A DNA stretch of 64,000 nt from Eledone cirrhosa. Lineage: Eukaryota. Positions 53,101-64,000 of this stretch are shown here, one piece after another. The stretch lies in assembly GCA_964016885.1 (NCBI GenBank), contig OZ024744.1:7812001-7876000 (forward strand), written 5' to 3'. Position numbers and translations under genes: made by a program. Under the pieces are notes generated by a model, which saw only the letters and a list, made by a program, of their open reading frames with translations, had not been told where the DNA came from and ran no database searches. Each line of letters starts with the position of its first letter. Positions within the stretch are counted from its first letter, which is position 1.

Positions 53101-56100
53101 GGACATTGAAGTAGGTCGTACTGGGTTACATGGTACCAGTAACAGACACAAGACTGAACTGACCATGGTGTAGGTGGGGGAAGTGGTATAGTCACTGACC
53201 ACTGGACATTGAAGTAGGTCGTACTGGGTTACATGGTACCAGTAACAGACACAAGACTGAACTGACCATGGTGTAGGTGGGGGAGGTGGTATAGTCACTG
53301 ACCACAGGACATTGAAGTAGGTTGTACTGGGTTACATGGTACCAGTAACAGACACAAGACTGAACTGACCATGGTGTAGGTGGGGAGGTGGTATAGTCAC
53401 TGACCACAGGACATTGAAGTAGGTTCTAGCGAGTTACATGGTACCAGTAACAGACACAAGACTGAACTGACCATGGTGTAGGTGGGGAGGTGGTATAGTC
53501 ACTGACCACTGGACATTGAAGTAGGTTGTACTGGGTTACATGGTACCAGTAACAGACACAAGACTGAACTGACCATGGTGTAGGTGGGGAGGTGGTATAA
53601 TCACTGACCACAGGACATTGAAGTAGGTTGTACTGGGTTACATGGTACCAGTAACAGACACAAGACTGAACTGACCATGGTGTAGGTGGGGAGGTGGTAT
53701 AGTCACTGACCACAGGACATTGAAATAGGTTGTACTGGGTTACATGGTACCAGTAACAGACACAAGACTGAACTGACCATGGTGTAGGTGGGGAGGTGGT
53801 ATAGTCACTGACCACAGGACATTGAAGTAGGTTCTAGCGAGTTACATGGTACCAGTAACAGACACAAGACTGAACTGACCATGGTGTAGGTGGGGAGGTG
53901 GTATAGTCACTGACCACTGGACATTGAAGTAGGTTGTACTGGGTTACATGGTACCAGTAACAGACACAAGACTGAACTGACCATGGTGTAGGTGGGGAGG
54001 TGGTATAGTCACTGACCACAGGACATTGAAATAGGTTGTACTGGGTTACATGGTACCAGTAACAGACACAAGACTGAACTGACCATGGTGTAGGTGGGGA
54101 GGTGGTATAGTCACTGACCACAGGACATTGAAGTAGGTTCTAGCGAGTTACATGGTACCAGTAACAGACACAAGACTGAACTGACCATGGTGTAGGTGGG
54201 GAGGTGGTATAGTCACTGACCACTGGACATTGAAGTAGGTTGTACTGGGTTACATGGTACCAGTAACAGACACAAGACTGAACTGACCATGGTGTAGGTG
54301 GGGAGGTGGTATAGTCACTGACCACAGGACATTGAAGTAGGTTGTACTGGGTTACATGGTACCAGTAACAGACACAAGACTGAACTGACCATGGTGTAGG
54401 TGGGGAGGTGGTATAGTCACTGACCACTGGACATTGAAGTAGGTTGTACTGGGTTACATGGTACCAGTAACAGACACAAGACTGAACTGACCATGGTGTA
54501 GGTGGGGAGGTGGTATAGTCACTGACCACTGGACATTGAAGTAGGTTCTAGCGAGTTACATGGTACCAGTAACAGACACAAGACTGAACTGACCATGGTG
54601 TAGGTGGGGAGGTGGTATAATCACTGACCACTGGACATTGAAGTAGGTTCTAGCGAGTTACATGGTACCAGTAACAGACACAAGACTGAACTGACCATGG
54701 TGTAGGTGGGGAGGTGGTATAGTCACTGACCACAGGACATTGAAGTAGGTTCTAGCGAGTTACATGGTACCAGTAACAGACACAAGACTGAACTGACCAT
54801 GGTGTAGGTGGGGAGGTGGTTTAGTCACTGACCACAGGACATTGAAGTAGGTTGTACTGGGTTACATGGTACCAGTAACAGACACAAGACTGAACTGACC
54901 ATGGTGTAGGTGGGGAGGTGGTATAGTCACTGACCACAGGACATTGAAGAAGGTTGTACTGGGTTACATGGTACCAGTAACAGACACAAGACTGAACTGA
55001 CCATGGTGTAGGTGGGGAGGTGGTATAGTCACTGACCACTGGACATTGAAGTAGGTTGTACTGGGTTACATGGTACCAGTAACAGACACAAGACTGAACT
55101 GACCATGGTGTAGGTGGGGAGGTGGTATAGTCACTGACCACAGGACATTGAAGTAGGTTCTAGCGAGTTACATGGTACCAGTAACAGACACAAGACTGAA
55201 CTGACCATGGTGTAGGTGGGGGAGGTGGTATAGTCACTGACCACAGGACATTGAAGAAGGTTGTACTGGGTTACATGGTACCAGTAACAGACACAAGACT
55301 GAACTGACCATGGTGTAGGTGGGGGAAGTGGTTTAGTCACTGACCACTGGACATTGAAGTAGGTTGTACTGGGTTACATGGTACCAGTAACAGACACAAG
55401 ACTGAACTGACCATGGTGTAGGTGGGGAGGTGGTTTAGTCACTGACCACAGGACATTGAAGTAGGTTGTACTGGGTTACATGGTACCAGTAACAGACACA
55501 AGACTGAACTGACCATGGTGTAGGTGGGGAGGTGGTATAGTCACTGACCACAGGACATTGAAGAAGGTTGTACTGGGTTACATGGTACCAGTAACAGACA
55601 CAAGACTGAACTGACCATGGTGTAGGTGGGGAGGTGGTATAGTCACTGACCACTGGACATTGAAGTAGGTTGTACTGGGTTACATGGTACCAGTAACAGA
55701 CACAAGACTGAACTGACCATGGTGTAGGTGGGGAGGTGGTATAGTCACTGACCACAGGACATTGAAGTAGGTCGTACTGGGTTACATGGTACCAGTAGTA
55801 GACAGAAGCCTGAACTGACCGGAGTCTGGTGGGGAGGTGGTATAGTCACTGACCACAGGACATTGAAGTAGGTTCTAGTGGGTTACATGGTACCAGTAAC
55901 AGACACAAGACTGAACTGACCATGGTGTAGGTGGGGAGGTGGTTTAGTCACTGACCACAGGACATTGAAGTAGGTTCTAGCGAGTTACATGGTACCAGTA
56001 ACAGACACAAGACTGAACTGACCATGGTGTAGGTGGGGAGGTGGTATAGTCACTGACCACTGGACATTGAAGAAGGTTGTACTGGGTTACATGGTACCAG

Positions 56101-59100
56101 TAGTAGACAGAAGCCTGATCTGACCGGAGTCTGGTGGGGAGGTGGTATAGTCACTGACCACAGGACATTGAAGTAGGTTCTAGTGGGTTACATGGTACCA
56201 GTAACAGACACAAGACTGAACTGACCATGGTGTAGGTGGGGAGGTGGTTTAGTCACTGACCACAGGACATTGAAGTAGGTTCTAGCGAGTTACATGGTAC
56301 CAGTAACAGACACAAGACTGAACTGACCATGGTGTAGGTGGGGAGGTGGTATAGTCACTGACCACTGGACATTGAAGTAGGTTGTACTGGGTTACATGGT
56401 ACCAGTAACAGACACAAGACTGAACTGACCATGGTGTAGGTGGGGAGGTGGTATAGTCACTGACCACTGGACATTGAAGTAGGTTGTACTGGGTTACATG
56501 GTACCAGTAACAGACACAAGACTGAACTGACCATGGTGTAGGTGGGGAGGTGGTATAGTCACTGACCACTGGACATTGAAGTAGGTTGTACTGGGTTACA
56601 TGGTACCAGTAACAGACACAAGACTGAACTGACCATGGTGTAGGTGGGGAGGTGGTATAGTCACTGACCACTGGACATTGAAGTAGGTTGTACTGGGTTA
56701 CATGGTACCAGTAACAGACACAAGACTGAACTGACCATGGTGTAGGTGGGGAGGTGGTATAGTCACTGACCACAGGACATTGAAGTAGGTTCTAGCGAGT
56801 TACATGGTACCAGTAACAGACACAAGACTGAACTGACCATGGTGTAGGTGGGGAGGTGGTATAATCACTGACCACTGGACATTGAAGTAGGTTCTAGCGA
56901 GTTACATGGTACCAGTAACAGACACAAGACTGAACTGACCATGGTGTAGGTGGGGAGGTGGTATAGTCACTGACCACTGGACATTGAAGAAGGTTGTACT
57001 GGGTTACATGGTACCAGTAGTAGACAGAAGCCTGATCTGACCGGAGTCTGGTGGGGAGGTGGTATAGTCACTGACCACAGGACATTGAAGTAGGTTCTAG
57101 TGGGTTACATGGTACCAGTAACAGACACAAGACTGAACTGACCATGGTGTAGGTGGGGAGGTGGTATAGTCACTGACCACAGGACATTGAAGTAGGTTGT
57201 ACTGGGTTACATGGTACCAGTAACAGACACAAGACTGAACTGACCATGGTGTAGGTGGGGAGGTGGTATAGTCACTGACCACAGGACATTGAAGTAGGTT
57301 GTACTGGGTTACATGGTACCAGTAACAGACACAAGACTGAACTGACCATGGTGTAGGTGGGGAGGTGGTATAGTCACTGACCACAGGACATTGAAGTAGG
57401 TTGTACTGGGTTACATGGTACCAGTAGTAGACAGAAGCCTGATCTGACCGGAGTCTGGTGGGGAGGTGGTATAGTCACTGACCACAGGACATTGAAGTAG
57501 GTTCTAGTGGGTTACATGGTACCAGTAACAGACACAAGACTGAACTGACCATGGTGTAGGTGGGGAGGTGGTATAGTCACTGACCACAGGACATTGAAGT
57601 AGGTTGTACTGGGTTACATGGTACCAGTAACAGACACAAGACTGAACTGACCATGGTGTAGGTGGGGAGGTGGTATAGTCACTGACCACAGGACATTGAA
57701 GTAGGTTGTACTGGGTTACATGGTACCAGTAACAGACACAAGACTGAACTGACCATGGTGTAGGTGGGGAGGTGGTATAGTCACTGACCACAGGACATTG
57801 AAGTAGGTTGTACTGGGTTACATGGTACCAGTAACAGACACAAGACTGAACTGACCATGGTGTAGGTGGGGAGGTGGTATAGTCACTGACCACAGGACAT
57901 TGAAGTAGGTTGTACTGGGTTACATGGTACCAGTAACAGACACAAGACTGAACTGACCATGGTGTAGGTGGGGAGGTGGTATAGTCACTGACCACAGGAC
58001 ATTGAAGTAGGTTGTACTGGGTTACATGGTACCAGTAACAGACACAAGACTGAACTGACCATGGTGTAGGTGGGGAGGTGGTATAGTCACTGACCACAGG
58101 ACATTGAAGTAGGTTGTACTGGGTTACATGGTACCAGTAACAGACACAAGACTGAACTGACCATGGTGTAGGTGGGGAGGTGGTATAGTCACTGACCACT
58201 GGACATTGAAGTAGGTTGTACTGGGTTACATGGTACCAGTAACAGACACAAGACTGAACTGACCATGGTGTAGGTGGGGAGGTGGTATAGTCACTGACCA
58301 CTGGACATTGAAGTAGGTTGTACTGGGTTACATGGTACCAGTAACAGACACAAGACTGAACTGACCATGGTGTAGGTGGGGAGGTGGTATAGTCACTGAC
58401 CACTGGACATTGAAGTAGGTTGTACTGGGTTACATGGTACCAGTAACAGACACAAGACTGAACTGACCATGGTGTAGGTGGGGAGGTGGTATAGTCACTG
58501 ACCACTGGACATTGAAGTAGGTTCTAGCGAGTTACATGGTACCAGTAACAGACACAAGACTGAACTGACCATGGTGTAGGTGGGGAGGTGGTATAATCAC
58601 TGACCACTGGACATTGAAGTAGGTTCTAGCGAGTTACATGGTACCAGTAACAGACACAAGACTGAACTGACCATGGTGTAGGTGGGGAGGTGGTATAGTC
58701 ACTGACCACAGGACATTGAAGTAGGTTCTAGCGAGTTACATGGTACCAGTAACAGACACAAGACTGAACTGACCATGGTGTAGGTGGGGGAGGTGGTATA
58801 GTCACTGACCACAGGACATTGAAGTAGGTTGTACTGGGTTACATGGTACCAGTAACAGACACAAGACTGAACTGACCATGGTGTAGGTGGGGAGGTGGTA
58901 TAATCACTGACCACAGAACATTGAAGTAGGTTGTACTGGGTTACATGGTACCAGTAACAGACACAAGACTGAACTGACCATGGTGTAGGTGGGGAGGTGG
59001 TATAGTCACTGACCACAGGACATTGAAGTAGGTTGTACTGGGTTACATGGTACCAGTAACAGACACAAGACTGAACTGACCATGGTGTAGGTGGGGGAGG

Positions 59101-62100
59101 TGGTATAGTCACTGACCACAGGACATTGAAGTAGGTTGTACTGGGTTACATGGTACCAGTAACAGACACAAGACTGAACTGACCATGGTGTAGGTGGGGA
59201 GGTGGTATAGTCACTGACCACAGGACATTGAAGTAGGTTCTAGCGAGTTACATGGTACCAGTAACAGACACAAGACTGAACTGACCATGGTGTAGGTGGG
59301 GAGGTGGTATAGTCACTGACCACAGGACATTGAAGTAGGTTGTACTGGGTTACATGGTACCAGTAACAGACACAAGACTGAACTGACCATGGTGTAGGTG
59401 GGGGAAGTGGTTTAGTCACTGACCACAGGACATTGAAGAAGGTTGTACTGGGTTACATGGTACCAGTAACAGACACAAGACTGAACTGACCATGGTGTAG
59501 GTGGGGGAAGTGGTTTAGCCACTGACCACTGGACATTGAAGTAGGTTGTACTGGGTTACATGGTACCAGTAACAGACACAAGACTGAACTGACCATGGTG
59601 TAGGTGGGGAGGTGGTATAGTCACTGACCACAGGACATTGAAGTAGGTTGTACTGGGTTACATGGTACCAGTAACAGACACAAGACTGAACTGACCATGG
59701 TGTAGGTGGGGAGGTGGTATAGTCACTGACCACAGGACATTGAAGTAGGTTCTAGTGAGTTACATGGTACCAGTAACAGACACAAGACTGAACTGACCAT
59801 GGTGTAGGTGGGGAGGTGGTATAGTCACTGACCACAGGACATTGAAGTAGGTTCTAGCGAGTTACATGGTACCAGTAACAGACACAAGACTGAACTGACC
59901 ATGGTGTAGGTGGGGAGGTTGTATAGTCACTGACCACAGGACATTGAAGTAGGTCGTACTGGGTTACATGGTACCAGTAACAGACACAAGACTGAACTAA
60001 CCATGGTGTAGGTGGGGGAGGTGGTATAGTCACTGACCACAGGACATTGAAGTAGGTCGTACTGGGTTACATGGTACCAGTAACAGACACAAGACTGAAC
60101 TGACCATGGTGTAGGTGGGGGAGGTGGTATAGTCACTGACCACAGGACATTGAAGTAGGTCGTACTGGGTTACATGGTACCAGTAACAGACACAAGACTG
60201 AACTGACCATGGTGTAGGTGGGGAGGTGGTATAGTCACTGACCACAGGACATTGAAGTAGGTTCTAGCGAGTTACATGGTACCAGTAACAGACACAAGAC
60301 TGAACTGACCATGGTGTAGGTGGGGAGGTGGTATAGTCACTGACCACTGGACATTGAAGTAGGTTGTACTGGGTTACATGGTACCAGTAACAGACACAAG
60401 ACTGAACTGACCATGGTGTAGGTGGGGAGGTGGTATAGTCACTGACCACAGGACATTGAAGTAGGTTGTACTGGGTTACATGGTACCAGTAACAGACACA
60501 AGACTGAACTGACCATGGTGTAGGTGGGGAGGTGGTATAGTCACTGACCACAGGACATTGAAGTAGGTCGTACTGGGTTACATGGTACCAGTAACAGACA
60601 CAAGACTGAACTGACCATGGTGTAGGTGGGGAGGTGGTATAGTCACTGACCACAGGACATTGAAGTAGGTTGTACTGGGTTACATGGTACCAGTAACAGA
60701 CACAAGACTGAACTGACCATGGTGTAGGTGGGGAGGTGGTATAGTCACTGACCACAGGACATTGAAGTAGGTTCTAGCGAGTTACATGGTACCAGTAACA
60801 GACACAAGACTGAACTGACCATGGTGTAGGTGGGGGAGGTGGTATAGTCACTGACCACAGGACATTGAAGAAGGTTGTACTGGGTTACATGGTACCAGTA
60901 ACAGACACAAGACTGAACTGACCATGGTGTAGGTGGGGGAAGTGGTTTAGTCACTGACCACTGGACATTGAAGTAGGTTGTACTGGGTTACATGGTACCA
61001 GTAACAGACACAAGACTGAACTGACCATGGTGTAGGTGGGGAGGTGGTTTAGTCACTGACCACAGGACATTGAAGTAGGTTGTACTGGGTTACATGGTAC
61101 CAGTAACAGACACAAGACTGAACTGACCATGGTGTAGGTGGGGAGGTGGTATAGTCACTGACCACAGGACATTGAAGAAGGTTGTACTGGGTTACATGGT
61201 ACCAGTAACAGACACAAGACTGAACTGACCATGGTGTAGGTGGGGAGGTGGTATAGTCACTGACCACTGGACATTGAAGTAGGTTGTACTGGGTTACATG
61301 GTACCAGTAACAGACACAAGACTGAACTGACCATGGTGTAGGTGGGGAGGTGGTATAGTCACTGACCACAGGACATTGAAGTAGGTCGTACTGGGTTACA
61401 TGGTACCAGTAGTAGACAGAAGCCTGAACTGACCGGAGTCTGGTGGGGAGGTGGTATAGTCACTGACCACAGGACATTGAAGTAGGTTCTAGTGGGTTAC
61501 ATGGTACCAGTAACAGACACAAGACTGAACTGACCATGGTGTAGGTGGGGAGGTGGTTTAGTCACTGACCACAGGACATTGAAGTAGGTTCTAGCGAGTT
61601 ACATGGTACCAGTAACAGACACAAGACTGAACTGACCATGGTGTAGGTGGGGAGGTGGTATAGTCACTGACCACAGGACATTGAAGTAGGTTGTACTGGG
61701 TTACATGGTACCAGTAACAGACACAAGACTGAACTGACCATGGTGTAGGTGGGGGAGGTGGTATAGTCACTGACCACAGGACATTGAAGTAGGTTCTAGT
61801 GGGTTACATGGTACCAGTAACAGACACAAGACTGAACTGACCATGGTGTAGGTGGGGGAGGTGGTTTAATCACTGACCACTGGACGTTGAAGTAGGTTGT
61901 ACTGGGTTACATGGTACCAGTAACAGACACAAGACTGAACTGACCATGGTGTAGGTGGGGAGGTGGTATAGTCACTGACCACTGGACATTGAAGAAGGTT
62001 GTACTGGGTTACATGGTACCAGTAACAGACACAAGACTGAACTGACCATGGTGTAGGTGGGGAGGTGGTATAGTCACTGACCACTGGACATTGAAGAAGG

Positions 62101-64000
62101 TTGTACTGGGTTACATGGTACCAGTAACAGACACAAGACTGAACTGACCATGGTGTAGGTGGGGAGGTGGTATAGTCACTGACCACAGGACATTGAAGTA
62201 GGTCGTACTGGGTTACATGGTACCAGTAACAGACACAAGACTGAACTGACCATGGTGTAGGTGGGGAGGTGGTATAGTCACTGACCACAGGACATTGAAG
62301 AAGGTTGTACTGGGTTACATGGTACCAGTAACAGACACAAGACTGAACTGACCATGGTGTAGGTGGGGGAGGTGGTATAGTCACTGACCACAGGACATTG
62401 AAGAAGGTTGTACTGGGTTACATGGTACCAGTAACAGACACAAGACTGAACTGACCATGGTGTAGGTGGGGAGGTGGTATAGTCACTGACCACAGGACAT
62501 TGAAGTAGGTTGTACTGGGTTACATGGTACCAGTAACAGACACAAGACTGAACTGACCATGGTGTAGGTGGGGAGGTGGTATAGTCACTGACCACAGGAC
62601 ATTGAAGTAGGTTCTAGCGAGTTACATGGTACCAGTAACAGACACAAGACTGAACTGACCATGGTGTAGGTGGGGAGGTGGTATAGTCACTGACCACAGG
62701 ACATTGACGTAGGTTCTAGCGAGTTACATGGTACCAGTAACAGACGCAAGACTGAACTGACCATGGTGTAGGTGGGGAGGTGGTATAGTCACTGACCACA
62801 GGACATTGAAGTAGGTTCTAGCGAGTTACATGGTACCAGTAACAGACACAAGACTGAACTGACCATGGTGTAGGTGGGGAGGTGGTATAATCACTGACCA
62901 CTGGACATTGAAGTAGGTTCTAGCGAGTTACATGGTACCAGTAACAGACACAAGACTGAACTGACCATGGTGTAGGTGGGGAGGTGGTATAGTCACTGAC
63001 CACAGGACATTGAAGTAGGTTCTAGCGAGTTACATGGTACCAGTAACAGACACAAGACTGAACTGACCATGGTGTAGGTGGGGAGGTGGTATAGTCACTG
63101 ACCACTGGACATTGAAGTAGGTTGTACTGGGTTACATGGTACCAGTAACAGACACAAGACTGAACTGACCATGGTGTAGGTGGGGGAGGTGGTATAGTCA
63201 CTGACCACAGGACATTGAAGTAGGTTGTACTGGGTTACATGGTACCAGTAACAGACACAAGACTGAACTGACCATGGTGTAGGTGGGGGAGGTGGTATAG
63301 TCACTGACCACAGAACATTGAAGTAGGTTGTACTGGGTTACATGGTACCAGTAACAGACACAAGACTGAACTGACCATGGTGTAGGTGGGGAGGTGGTAT
63401 AGTCACTGACCACAGGACATTGAAGTAGGTTCTAGCGAGTTACATGGTACCAGTAACAGACACAAGACTGAACTGACCATGGTGTAGGTGGGGAGGTGGT
63501 ATAGTCACTGACCACTGGACATTGAAGTAGGTTGTACTGGGTTACATGGTACCAGTAACAGACACAAGACTGAACTGACCATGGTGTAGGTGGGGAGGTG
63601 GTTTAGTCACTGACCACAGGACATTGAAGTAGGTTGTACTGGGTTACATGGTACCAGTAACAGACACAAGACTGAACTGACCACGGTGTAGGTGGGGAGG
63701 TGGTTTAGTCACTGACCACAGGACATTGAAGTAGGTTGTACTGGGTTACATGGTACCAGTAACAGACACAAGACTGAACTGACCATGGTGTAGGTGGGGA
63801 GGTGGTATAGTCACTGACCACAGGACATTGAAGAAGGTTGTACTGGGTTACATGGTACCAGTAACAGACACAAGACTGAACTGACCATGGTGTAGGTGGG
63901 GAGGTGGTATAGTCACTGACCACTGGACATTGAAGTAGGTTGTACTGGGTTACATGGTACCAGTAACAGACACAAGACTGAACTGACCATGGTGTAGGTG
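38156..64000. repeat. 102/103-bp satellite array, about 250 monomers, running off the window end
   Basis: Consensus AGTCACTGACCACAGGACATTGAAGTAGGTTGTACTGGGTTACATGGTACCAGTAACAGACACAAGACTGAACTGACCATGGTGTAGGTGGGGAGGTGGTAT (102 nt). The 103-mers carry a G5 run instead of G4. Confidence 0.99.

Noticed and set aside
38707-63923. Minus-strand ORFs with a 34-aa Cys/His-containing repeat (up to 435 aa), possibly a tandem zinc-finger gene
   Set aside because: Spacing does not fit C2H2. One frame of a 102-bp unit is simply open by chance, and common variants (TAG allele, G5 frameshift) break it repeatedly.
38156-64000. CRISPR-like regular array
   Set aside because: There are no unique spacers and no cas genes. 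The whole unit repeats, in a eukaryotic context.

Overview
Repeat-dense animal genomic DNA, most likely a cephalopod such as Octopus (inferred from the SINE family and (AT)n density). No host protein-coding gene is supported. The window has three zones. (1) 1-22 kb: (AT)n microsatellites with tRNA-derived SINEs, an RTE LINE fragment showing a twin-priming-type 5' inversion, a probable solo LTR, a 5'-truncated CR1-group LINE, and eight fold-back (inverted-repeat) inserts, most carrying hammerhead-ribozyme (HHR) motifs of the kind found in Penelope-like element (PLE) termini. (2) 22-38 kb: three diverged, decayed Tx1/L1-clade LINEs head-to-tail, each directly preceded by (TATC)n. They share paired 5'UTR hairpins and a splice-donor-like motif overlapping the ORF1 stop. 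(3) 38.2-64 kb: a homogeneous 102/103-bp satellite with a 4,192-bp higher-order duplication, which truncates the third LINE. All calls come from reading the sequence and ORF track; no searches were run.
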